In this document: piece by piece, positions 8,207 through 16,000 of the stretch
Layout of the letters: every line of letters begins with the position of its first letter
Numbering within the stretch: position 1 is the stretch's first letter
Virus record (IMG/VR): IMGVR_UViG_3300024180_000013
Span: 1 to 38,482 of that record
Origin: a virus
Taxonomy: Duplodnaviria; Caudoviricetes
Reading direction: 5' to 3' (one strand)
DNA length: 38,482 bases
Translations under genes and position numbers: made by a program
The notes under the pieces: generated by a model
What the model was told of the DNA's origin: nothing
Databases searched by the model: none
What the model saw: the letters and a program-made list of their open reading frames with translations, nothing else

Positions 8207-8266
8207 GCCTAACACGGTATAAATAACATGGCAAAAAAGCCACGTTTCTTATACTAACCGTTATAT
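8207..8266. mobile_element. attC-like 60-bp hairpin site B
   Basis: GCCTAAC (exact RYYYAAC)-acg-GTATAA at AAC a TGGC-aaaaaa-GCCA c GTT tc TTATAC-taacc-GTTATAT. Confidence 0.62.
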
Positions 8267-8389
8267 ATAATTAATAAGTTTTGTAAACTCTTGTTTATCA
8301 ATCTTTTGTGAAATAGTCCACATCCATATTAAAACAATCTTGTCATCCTTTGCCCTTGTAGAATCAAGGATTTTAATTAACTTTTTCAT
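8261..8389 (-). CDS. Small 42-aa hypothetical protein (not in track)
   Basis: MKKLIKILDSTRAKDDKIVLIWMWTISQKIDKQEFTKLINYI; starts 3 nt after the SNase stop, and its TAA lies in the GTTA of site B. Confidence 0.55.
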   Translation of the reverse strand: MKKLIKILDSTRAKDDKIVLIWMWTISQKIDKQEFTKLINYI

Positions 8390-8392
8390 AGT

Positions 8393-8860
8393 TTACTTTT
8401 TTTTGAAAACTCCAATTATAGGTTTTTTTATTTTGTCATCCTCATAACGCCCAGTTGTCAATCCTTCCATCTTCAATAACTCACTCATAGACTCGAGCGA
8501 CCTCCATGGGTAAACCTCACAAACTAACCGACCGTAACGGTCTTTATATTTTGGGTGTATGTCAATTTTTCCCTTGCTTAGTAATCGTCTTGTAAATTCT
8601 TTTGCATCTTGTGCTTTTTGGTTTTGTACTGAGGTCTGTGAATGTCTGTATATTTCATAAGTGTCAACATTCAAAATACGCACCTTTATTGTTCGTTCCT
8701 CAAACGTAAAATTGTCTTTGTCCGAAACAACCCAAACCGTACAAGTGAAGGTATCACCGTCATAGTTCGAAACATAATCACCACTCAAACGAGGGTAGTT
8801 GTTTTGACCAATACAATTAGCCGCAAAAGTCATAATGATTAATAATAATAAATTCTTCAT
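8393..8860 (-). CDS. Thermonuclease (SNase-like) with signal peptide
   Basis: YDGDT, VRILNVDTYE, AKEFT, KDRYGRLV; signal MKNLLLLIIMTFAANCIG|Q. Confidence 0.88.
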   Translation of the reverse strand: MKNLLLLIIMTFAANCIGQNNYPRLSGDYVSNYDGDTFTCTVWVVSDKDNFTFEERTIKVRILNVDTYEIYRHSQTSVQNQKAQDAKEFTRRLLSKGKIDIHPKYKDRYGRLVCEVYPWRSLESMSELLKMEGLTTGRYEDDKIKKPIIGVFKKK

Positions 8861-9006
8861 TTTTTTAATTGTTTTATTAGTTCTAAAATTGTTGTTTTTT
8901 CGGCATCATGAAAACTTGTAACCTTCCACGTTTTGCCCTCATCATTTTTTATAAGTTCTATATTTGCAAGAACTTTGCCATCTTTTTCAATTATTGTTTT
9001 TTTCAT
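8857..9006 (-). CDS. Small 49-aa hypothetical protein (not in track)
   Basis: MKKTIIEKDGKVLANIELIKNDEGKTWKVTSF...; ATGA overlap with the SNase start. Confidence 0.6.
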   Translation of the reverse strand: MKKTIIEKDGKVLANIELIKNDEGKTWKVTSFHDAEKTTILELIKQLKK

Positions 9007-9106
9007 CTTTTTTCTTATGATTGCGGTAAACCTCATTCAGAAAATCAAGCCACCAGTTGAAAATCAAAAATATAACAAAATATATTAAAATCATAATATT
9101 ATTCAT
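8987..9106 (-). CDS. Small 39-aa membrane peptide (not in track)
   Basis: MNNIMILIYFVIFLIFNWWLDFLNEVYRNHKKKDEKNNN; overlaps both neighbours. Confidence 0.45.
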   Translation of the reverse strand: MNNIMILIYFVIFLIFNWWLDFLNEVYRNHKKKDEKNNN

Positions 9107-9191
9107 TCTTTTTTCTTTTGATTCCTAAAATTGACAACAACACAACAACAGCACTAATTTCAAAGAATCCGCCGCATATACATATTATCAT
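9099..9191 (-). CDS. Small 30-aa membrane peptide (not in track)
   Basis: MIICICGGFFEISAVVVLLSILGIKRKKNE; ATGA overlap with the lysin stop. Confidence 0.45.
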   Translation of the reverse strand: MIICICGGFFEISAVVVLLSILGIKRKKNE

Positions 9192-9859
9192 TTTACATAA
9201 TTTTCTATAACGTCAATTAATTTTGAATCGTATTTTATATCCGTTGCGTATCCCGCTTCTTTCAAACCATACGCCCAACCTTTGTAATCCAATTTAAGCG
9301 ACTTTAAGTGCGCATATCTTGTCTTTTGTAGAAACTCAGCGTGTGCCTCAAATCCTTGCTCTACGCTCTCGTATTTGCGAAATTTAGCTATTTTATTGAT
9401 TCTTTTCCCGTCAACATATTCATGTGTCATTTTCTCAATGCAATCATTATAATTATTACCGCATTTCATACCAAAAAAGTTATAACCTTCTATTGCTAAT
9501 GTAGAGCGTCCAGCGTTGCTTTCTAGGATTGCCTGACCTAATGTAATTTCGTGAGGGATGCCATATATATATTCATTTTCCATTGCAGCTTGTTTGTGTC
9601 TCAATGCAAACAACCGTTTCGGGTGCAAGTCTTTTTCTTTTTCGGTTTTAAGTTCCTTTTTTAAGGATTTAATTTGTGTGTTTTGTTTTTGAACTAATTG
9701 CCTATATTGTACGTTGTCTAATTCAGACTGCGTGTAATCTGTTTCCTTTGTTTCCGTATCAAAACAAATCACGCTATTTGTACTACTGCAATTATAAAAT
9801 ATTAATGTCGAAAACGTAAAACACATTATGGTTAATTTTATTAAACTAGATATATTCAT
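9188..9859 (-). CDS. GH73 glucosaminidase-family peptidoglycan hydrolase (probable endolysin) with hydrophobic N-terminus
   Basis: YGIP..ITLGQAILES..G.S.LA....NFFGMK...FRKY...GL..AGYATD.KY..KL. Confidence 0.9.
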   Translation of the reverse strand: MNISSLIKLTIMCFTFSTLIFYNCSSTNSVICFDTETKETDYTQSELDNVQYRQLVQKQNTQIKSLKKELKTEKEKDLHPKRLFALRHKQAAMENEYIYGIPHEITLGQAILESNAGRSTLAIEGYNFFGMKCGNNYNDCIEKMTHEYVDGKRINKIAKFRKYESVEQGFEAHAEFLQKTRYAHLKSLKLDYKGWAYGLKEAGYATDIKYDSKLIDVIENYVK

Positions 9860-9876
9860 TTTATTGTTTTTATTGT

Positions 9877-9909
9877 AAAAAAAAAGCTAGGAAACTGTAA
9901 ACCTAGCTT
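9877..9909 (-). terminator. Intrinsic terminator
   Basis: AAGCTAGG-N10-CCTAGCTT followed by a T-tract. Confidence 0.7.
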
Positions 9910-10021
9910 GAAATTGAAATTAATTTTCTTCTTAAAATTTATGTTATAAATAATAATTAAAGAATGTCAGTTTTTTTTTTAAAACGGTTTATAGGGATTT
10001 AAACGGTTTTTGGGGGATAGT

Positions 10022-10372
10022 TTAGAACGGTAAAACATCTAAACCTGTTTGCACTTCCGCAACTCCTTGTTGTTGTGGTGTGGTTGCTTGCGCATTACCT
10101 ACGGTTTCGATTTTCCAAGCATCTAAACTATTGAAATATTTTTCTACCCCTTCTGGGTTAGTCCACGCTCTACCACGTAGATTAAACAATACTTTTATTT
10201 CACTTCCAACATTTACAGCTGCAAGCTTATCACAGTTATCGTTAGTCATTTGGAAACTAACCAACTGGGTGTAATTACCATCAACAATCTCTAAAACAAA
10301 CTCCTGTTTTCTAAAAGAGTCCGTAATTTGCTTTAAATCCATCTTTTTGAAAAGCTTTCCTTGTACTTCCAT
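10022..10372 (-). CDS. DUF3127-type single-stranded DNA-binding protein
   Basis: MEVQGKL...FRKQEFVL...V.FNLRGR.W....KYFNSLDAWKIE, tail LDVLPF; a Bacteroidota-typical family. Confidence 0.9.
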   Translation of the reverse strand: MEVQGKLFKKMDLKQITDSFRKQEFVLEIVDGNYTQLVSFQMTNDNCDKLAAVNVGSEIKVLFNLRGRAWTNPEGVEKYFNSLDAWKIETVGNAQATTPQQQGVAEVQTGLDVLPF

Positions 10373-10390
10373 TTTTTAAAATTTTAAATG

Positions 10391-10534
10391 TTATATAAAT
10401 TTTTTTAATTCCTTAATTTTCTTTTCCGTTTTTAACTTCTCGGAAAAAGAATATTTTTTAAGTTTCCCATTGTCACCGTTCTCAATCCACTTTTCTAATA
10501 CTCTGATAATCTGCTTTGCTTTCTCACTTGTCAT
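10391..10534 (-). CDS. Small 47-aa hypothetical protein (not in track), possibly leaderless
   Basis: MTSEKAKQIIRVLEKWIENGDNGKLKK...; ATG lies 5 nt after TATCTTTG. Confidence 0.55.
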   Translation of the reverse strand: MTSEKAKQIIRVLEKWIENGDNGKLKKYSFSEKLKTEKKIKELKKFI

Positions 10535-10539
10535 GAATA

Positions 10540-10570
10540 CAAAGATAACCTTTTTTTTATTAAAAACAAA
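10540..10570 (-). promoter_or_regulatory. Bacteroidota sigmaA-type promoter
   Basis: TTTG..AAAAAAAAGGTTATCTTTG. Confidence 0.75.
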
Positions 10571-10601
10571 ACTTTTTAAAATAAAATCTCATTAATATTT
10601 T

Positions 10602-12410
10602 TTAAAATGGTATTTCGTCTAAATTTTGACGTGGCATATCGTTAAGACTGTTGTTTATATTTACAACCGTACTCAATGGATTAAAGCCGTCTATTTCTTG
10701 GAAATACCTAGCTTTTTTAAAGTCGAATGTCATTGAAACCTTACCAGTTTTACCTACTACCTTTTTCTTTTTAATTTTTACGGTTTTTATTATTACCGAG
10801 GTGTTTTCTGGTTCATTTTCCGCAGTCGGTCTGTGTACAACCATGATATTATCCATCATATTGTTCCACATAGAACCACCGCTCAAGTCGTATGCGCTAG
10901 GACATGGATATTCATTACTTGCTAATTTTACCAATTTAGAAGGGTGTGCAACAATAAAATAACAATCAAATTGAGATGCGAAAAACTTTTCTTTGCTCAG
11001 TTCTTGAGCGAGGTATTGGTCTTCTCTTTGATTGCCTATGTTGTGCATTATTTTATTCCAAGGGTCTTTTAAAACTGCATTTATGCCATGCTTTAATTTT
11101 AAAAAGTTAATCCTTTCGTTAATCCAATCGTTAGTAGGCAAAGGTGCAATTCCCGTTTTTTTATCTCGTTCTGGATATATACAAAAAAAATGCTCTTTCA
11201 CAAACAATAATGACTCGGCAAACTGTTCTGGTGTTGCTCTGTTATTGTACGTCAAATCGGTAGTAATTCCTAGATAAATATGACATAAGTCCTCAAAGAA
11301 ATAATCTAAAGGGAAATCCTCAGGAACATAGCAACCCCATTTCCAGCCGTCAATACTAGATTTAATCACCATTAGCATCCTTGCCCATTGGCTTTTCCCA
11401 TGATTTGGGATACCCGTTATTAGTGTCAAATCTCCAGGAAGGTAGCTAAATATTTCGTCTATTGCTGGAAAATGTGTGGTTTTACCTTTCGAACGCCCTT
11501 CGTTGTATTGCTTTTCCATCAAAGTCCATAACTCGTCATCCAAATCGTGAATACCATCCATAGGGACAGGTTTAGAATATTCTAAACAATGCAATAATGC
11601 GTTTTTATTTATTTCATGTGATGTAGTGTTTTTAGATAAATCTAACATATCGTTAGCATCCTTTTTACCTTTTGGCAAATTTATTATATTGCATCTTTGT
11701 TGTCCTAGCCTTCTAATTAACTCATCCTCTAAATATTTACCGCATTCGTCTTTATCAACACATAAGTAAAAGTCTTCTATTTCGTTTAGGATTTTAGCAC
11801 AGTTTTTAATACATTCTAGTTTTCCGTCTAATTTACTTCCTACTGTTCCTGCGCCTTGGTCTATTGAAACCACCCCTATATCATCATTCAAACCCGCTTC
11901 AATCCAGCTTAAAACATCGATTTCGCCCTCAACTATAATTGCTTTCTTTTTACCTTTTAATGAATCCACATTATACAAAATCTTTTCCGCTCCTATGTGT
12001 TGCCTAAATGATTTTTTACCATCCACAACAAAACGAGTTTTTGTGTTTATTAGTTCACCGTTTTTGTAATAATTAAAAACTATGTTTCCTCTTTGGTCAG
12101 TAGTTACACCAGCTTGCTTTAATGTGTTTTGTGATATTCCACGCCCTTCAAATAATTGCACCGCATTGCTCCCTAAACTTTTAATATTTTGAGGATTAGG
12201 TCTACTGTATTTTTTTAATTTCGCTACACTACCAGAAAACGTACATTTCGCAGCATGGCAATTGTATAAACCATTTTCGTAATTAATAGATAAATCCTTT
12301 TCCCTTGTTTCGCCTTTTCGCTCAGTACATTTTGGACATACTACCTTTTTTTGTCCTGTGTTTCCAATTGGGCAGTTTATCCCTATTTTGCTAAATTCGT
12401 TGTAATACAT
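10602..12410 (-). CDS. Bifunctional primase-helicase (T7 gp4/Twinkle-like)
   Basis: Zn finger CPKC...CH...C; TOPRIM IIVEGEID, DKDECG, KDAND; SF4 helicase ITGIPNHGKS, IVAHPSK, YDLSGG. The MYYNEF ATG is the likelier start. Confidence 0.93.
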   Translation of the reverse strand: MYYNEFSKIGINCPIGNTGQKKVVCPKCTERKGETREKDLSINYENGLYNCHAAKCTFSGSVAKLKKYSRPNPQNIKSLGSNAVQLFEGRGISQNTLKQAGVTTDQRGNIVFNYYKNGELINTKTRFVVDGKKSFRQHIGAEKILYNVDSLKGKKKAIIVEGEIDVLSWIEAGLNDDIGVVSIDQGAGTVGSKLDGKLECIKNCAKILNEIEDFYLCVDKDECGKYLEDELIRRLGQQRCNIINLPKGKKDANDMLDLSKNTTSHEINKNALLHCLEYSKPVPMDGIHDLDDELWTLMEKQYNEGRSKGKTTHFPAIDEIFSYLPGDLTLITGIPNHGKSQWARMLMVIKSSIDGWKWGCYVPEDFPLDYFFEDLCHIYLGITTDLTYNNRATPEQFAESLLFVKEHFFCIYPERDKKTGIAPLPTNDWINERINFLKLKHGINAVLKDPWNKIMHNIGNQREDQYLAQELSKEKFFASQFDCYFIVAHPSKLVKLASNEYPCPSAYDLSGGSMWNNMMDNIMVVHRPTAENEPENTSVIIKTVKIKKKKVVGKTGKVSMTFDFKKARYFQEIDGFNPLSTVVNINNSLNDMPRQNLDEIPF

Positions 12411-12472
12411 ATTGTTGTTTTTTAATTTTATCAATTTCTTAATGTAAAAATATAATATTTTTTTTTAAAAAC

Positions 12473-13498
12473 CTAATTTTTAAACCTTCTGTCTATTATT
12501 TCTCTTAAAGTTGATGAATTTTTTAGAAGGTGCTCCCAGTCGCTCCACGTATCGGATACATCAACAGCATACCTGAGTAACTCACAAAAACTCTTCTTTG
12601 TTTCAGTTCCTGTTTGTATTAGTTCAGCGACCTTGCTTTTTACATTATCCCTATATTCGCCATGTAATTTACAGTTTAGTGCTTTTTCGCCATATAAAAC
12701 AATTTTTTCTAAATCATCAGAAGTCAAAACCTCAGCACCTTCTGAGTCAGAAACATATTTACCCATATTTTCAACTGCAAAAATAGTTGAAACTTTTAAA
12801 TAACGCTCTAAACTTTTCCCTTCAATATATACTCCTAATTTTTCCGAAATTGTATGCATGATACCTCGTTTAATTTCATCTAAAGTAAATTTTTTAAGGC
12901 ACTTTTTTACTGTTGTTCTATTTGCCACTAAATCAATATTTACTTTTCGCTTTTTATAATTATCTTGCAAAAAAACTAAAGCGGCAGTTATATCTTCTTC
13001 TCTTTTCTTTTCTTCTCTTTTCTTCTCTGTGCCGTTACGTAACGTGACAGGTAACGTTACATCGTCTGTAACCTTTGCTGCTGTTAACTTTTTTTGTGTT
13101 TTTTGTCGCTCATTTAGTTTTTTTCTGTGTTTTTGTTGTCTTAGTTTATTTTGTTCCCTTATTTTTTCCAATCCATCTATATTTTGATGTTTTTCCCAAT
13201 TTAGAACAGCAATTTTCCCACCTTCAAAAACTTCTATCATTTCAAAAGATGACAAGGTTTCAAGTGCTAGTCTAATTATTGAAACTTTCCGATTAAATAA
13301 AGTTGACAACATTTCCTCATTGTAAGATATTGTTTTACTTAAATAAATTAAACCTCCGTCATTTATTTTTCCAGCTAATGACAATATTTTTATCCATATA
13401 ATTAAAATTCCATCTGCTTCTGGCATGGTTTCAATGAGTTTAATTTTTTCATCGTTAAACATTTCAGTTCTTATTTTAATCCAGTTTACATTTATCAT
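12473..13498 (-). CDS. Replication initiator (phage replisome organiser N-terminal domain)
   Basis: WIKIRTEMFNDEKIKLIE.MPEADGILIIWIKILSLAGK...NWEKHQNIDGLEKIREQ..LRQQKHR. Confidence 0.92.
   Translation of the reverse strand: MINVNWIKIRTEMFNDEKIKLIETMPEADGILIIWIKILSLAGKINDGGLIYLSKTISYNEEMLSTLFNRKVSIIRLALETLSSFEMIEVFEGGKIAVLNWEKHQNIDGLEKIREQNKLRQQKHRKKLNERQKTQKKLTAAKVTDDVTLPVTLRNGTEKKREEKKREEDITAALVFLQDNYKKRKVNIDLVANRTTVKKCLKKFTLDEIKRGIMHTISEKLGVYIEGKSLERYLKVSTIFAVENMGKYVSDSEGAEVLTSDDLEKIVLYGEKALNCKLHGEYRDNVKSKVAELIQTGTETKKSFCELLRYAVDVSDTWSDWEHLLKNSSTLREIIDRRFKN
13034..13072. repeat. GTAAC/GTTAC cluster inside the initiator gene (possible origin iterons)
   Basis: GTTACGTAACGTGACAGGTAACGTTACATCGTCTGTAAC next to a pyrimidine-only tract. 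Confidence 0.45.
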
Positions 13499-13519
13499 AA
13501 TTATTATTGTTTATTTGTT

Positions 13520-13550
13520 AAAAAAACGCTGCACCTAAAAAGATGCAACG
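13520..13550 (-). terminator. Intrinsic terminator
   Basis: CGTTGCATCT-TTTT-AGGTGCAGCG followed by T7. Confidence 0.65.
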
Positions 13551-13562
13551 TAAATATATACT

Positions 13563-13916
13563 TTAAAAAGGAAGGGGGATATACAATTCAAATATTTTTT
13601 TAAAATTCAAGTTGTATTTTATATTTATGTTTCCTATTTCAATTTTTGCTAAATCACGTTCTACTAACTTATCGATAGTTTTTAAAAAATCACTTAGATT
13701 GCAATTAGTTTTATGTTGTAAAATGCGTGTATGATATACAAGTGTCTTTGCATATCCTGGTATAGAATCATTTTGATTGTTGTACTTATCTAGTAATTCA
13801 ATTAATAATGTAGATAGTAAATAGTCCCCTGAGTTACAAAGGAATCTATTTCTTAAATGTAGAAAGTTACTATTCATTAGTATTTCATAACAATTGGACT
13901 CTGATAAATTTGTCAT
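13563..13916 (-). CDS. Hypothetical protein, possibly winged-helix
   Basis: ATG ORF between an attenuator-like leader and the initiator gene. Confidence 0.6.
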   Translation of the reverse strand: MTNLSESNCYEILMNSNFLHLRNRFLCNSGDYLLSTLLIELLDKYNNQNDSIPGYAKTLVYHTRILQHKTNCNLSDFLKTIDKLVERDLAKIEIGNINIKYNLNFKKIFELYIPLPF

Positions 13917-13935
13917 TTTAATTTCAATTTTAAAT

Positions 13936-14064
13936 AAAAAAAAGCCAATAATTAGAGGGGCATCTCTAAAAATTGACCTTTTAAAATCTTAGTTTTTACT
14001 TTCTTTAATTACGGATGCCCTCGCAATTTAACACAATATAGGCTTTTTATTCCGTAATTCCAAA
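13936..14064 (-). promoter_or_regulatory. Promoter plus attenuator-like leader
   Basis: TTTGG..TATATTG at 14034-14064; leader segment GGGCATC is complementary to the loop of the terminator TTAGAG-ATGCCC-CTCTAA...T8. Confidence 0.6.
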
Positions 14065-14075
14065 TTTATTTTAAA

Positions 14076-14507
14076 CTATTTTTCACCAGTACTCCCGAAT
14101 CCTCCGATTCTTTCAGTATCATCCAAGTTTTTGGATACAATGAAGTCTACCTTTTCGTATTTAGAAAAAACAATTTGTGCGACTCTTGTATTTGGTTCTA
14201 TCGTTTGAATGTAGTTCGATAAGTTTACCAAAATTACTCCAACCTCACCCCGATAATCTGAATCAATCGTTCCTGGTGAATTTAAAACCGTTAAGCCTTT
14301 TTTAAGAGCCAATCCCGAACGTGGACGGACTTGAGCTTCGAACCCCTCAGGAATCTCTAAATAGACACCAGTAGGCACTAATACACGTTCTAGCGGCATC
14401 AAAGTAATAATTTTTTCAATGTTGGCGTATAAATCGCACCCAGCACTATCCTTCGTGCCGTAAATTGGTAGTTTCCCACCGTTTTCTAATTTAATTCTAA
14501 TTTTCAT
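14076..14507 (-). CDS. dut: Trimeric dUTPase
   Basis: SAGCDL, QVRPRSGLA, NSPGTIDSDYRGE, RVAQ, R.GGFGSTG. Confidence 0.98.
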   Translation of the reverse strand: MKIRIKLENGGKLPIYGTKDSAGCDLYANIEKIITLMPLERVLVPTGVYLEIPEGFEAQVRPRSGLALKKGLTVLNSPGTIDSDYRGEVGVILVNLSNYIQTIEPNTRVAQIVFSKYEKVDFIVSKNLDDTERIGGFGSTGEK

Positions 14508-14764
14508 AATTTTATTTTTGGGTATGTCTTATTTAAGATTTTTATTGTCTTCTCTTTGCTCCAAATTGTTTTGATAAGTATATTTTTACCGTATTTTTCT
14601 GATACGTAAACAAGTATTTCTGATTTATTCAGAATACCAAGTGATTTAATTGCTTGCGGTGGAACTGAATGAATATGTCCTAATCTTTCAATACCTACTC
14701 TTTCAATATGATTGTGAAAAGATTGGGTAATGTCATTGTCATTTATTATTGTTACTATTTTCAT
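14504..14764 (-). CDS. Hypothetical protein
   Basis: Overlap-coupled ORF on both sides. Confidence 0.6.
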   Translation of the reverse strand: MKIVTIINDNDITQSFHNHIERVGIERLGHIHSVPPQAIKSLGILNKSEILVYVSEKYGKNILIKTIWSKEKTIKILNKTYPKIKL

Positions 14765-15072
14765 TATTTTAAATTAAGTTCGCCTTTTGCGGCTAATTGT
14801 GAATAAATTCTGTTTCTTATTTTTTTACCAACGTATCTCGTTTTTAAAACCTTTCTCAACGTTTGTGCATCGATGTAAAAAATATCTTCAAGGTCTGCAA
14901 TTATGTAATCGTTTTTTTCTTTGTATTTATGTAGTAAATTTGATAAACTAGTTAAGCATATATCTTTTTCAAAGTCAGCCGATACGGTTTTAACTTGCCC
15001 AAATTCAATGCAAAGGTCACCTAAATCATAGGTTTCCTTTGCTGCTTGCTGTAAATATTTCATCTTAATCAT
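14764..15072 (-). CDS. Hypothetical protein, possible C-terminal HTH
   Basis: TAATG-coupled ORF. Confidence 0.6.
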   Translation of the reverse strand: MIKMKYLQQAAKETYDLGDLCIEFGQVKTVSADFEKDICLTSLSNLLHKYKEKNDYIIADLEDIFYIDAQTLRKVLKTRYVGKKIRNRIYSQLAAKGELNLK

Positions 15073-15617
15073 TAGATGTACATTTTATATGATAAATAAT
15101 AATTTAAAATCATAGACTTTTGTGATTCTGTGAAATTGTAGAAATCGTAAATCTCTGAAGCATCGTAGAATTCTGTTTCACTTTTCACATCAAAAATCCC
15201 ATCATTTGAATCAACTAAGAACCCCATTTTTTCAAGTATAAAAATAAACTGTTCCGACTTGATAAAAAATGTTGCCGCTGTTTCAATTGCAGAATCCTCA
15301 ATGTATGCCGATATTTCTAGTTCAAAGTCGTTCATGTAAAATTCCTCAATGTTCACCTTCAATCCTTCTTTGTAAGCGTCAATAAGGCTTTCTAACGATT
15401 GCTCGTTGACTTGTGTTACGTTGAACCCTTCGTTAGTTAAAAGCCGCTTATACATCGATAATTGAGGTTTAGTGTCTACGCTTAAAAGTTTGCCGTTTTC
15501 CTCCAATCGGTAAACCTTAGTTTTAAACGTTTTTAGTTGCTCGGATACATACGCCATTCTTTCAACTAATTGGAAGAGTTGGTTTTCTTTTGTTGCGGTT
15601 AATAATAGTTGAGTCAT
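15072..15617 (-). CDS. Hypothetical protein
   Basis: First gene after the promoter at 15648-15678. Confidence 0.7.
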   Translation of the reverse strand: MTQLLLTATKENQLFQLVERMAYVSEQLKTFKTKVYRLEENGKLLSVDTKPQLSMYKRLLTNEGFNVTQVNEQSLESLIDAYKEGLKVNIEEFYMNDFELEISAYIEDSAIETAATFFIKSEQFIFILEKMGFLVDSNDGIFDVKSETEFYDASEIYDFYNFTESQKSMILNYYLSYKMYI

Positions 15618-15647
15618 TTTTAATTGTTTAAATTGTTAATAATAAGT

Positions 15648-15678
15648 CAAAGATAATAGTTTTTAGTTGAAAAACAAA
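15648..15678 (-). promoter_or_regulatory. Bacteroidota sigmaA-type promoter
   Basis: TTTG-N19-TATCTTTG; the leader TTATTATTAACAATT is shared with the 7337 promoter. Confidence 0.75.
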
Positions 15679-15706
15679 AAAAGCGGCTAAAATTAATTAA
15701 CCGCTT
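15676..15706 (-). terminator. Intrinsic terminator
   Basis: AAGCGGTTAA...TTAGCCGCTT followed by a T-tract. Confidence 0.7.
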
Positions 15707-15711
15707 AGATA

Positions 15712-15999
15712 TTATTTTTTTTTACGTTTGAAAAATTTAGGTACTTTGAATTTGTATCCGATGTACATTGAATAATCGTTGTTCAAAATACCATGACTCA
15801 AGCCAACTAGCATATTTGTTTCTGCGTGATACATAAACCCTAAACGTAAATCAGGTGTGCCGAATAAAAGACTATTGGTTACTGGCTTATATACTGTGTA
15901 ATTCCATTCTGTAAAAATACTTATTTGTGGCTCAATTTTTTCTACTTGGCTAAAGCAAGAAAAAGAGAACAATAAAAAAACGGGGATTAACTTTTTCAT
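15712..15999 (-). CDS. Small exported beta-rich protein
   Basis: Signal MKKLIPVFLLFSFSCFS|Q; amphipathic strands such as YSMYIGYKF. Confidence 0.6.
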   Translation of the reverse strand: MKKLIPVFLLFSFSCFSQVEKIEPQISIFTEWNYTVYKPVTNSLLFGTPDLRLGFMYHAETNMLVGLSHGILNNDYSMYIGYKFKVPKFFKRKKK

Positions 16000-16000
16000 A

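Noticed and set aside
12447-12476. Promoter upstream of the primase-helicase
   Set aside because: It resembles the 3387 motif, but the -7 box is degenerate (TATATTTT).
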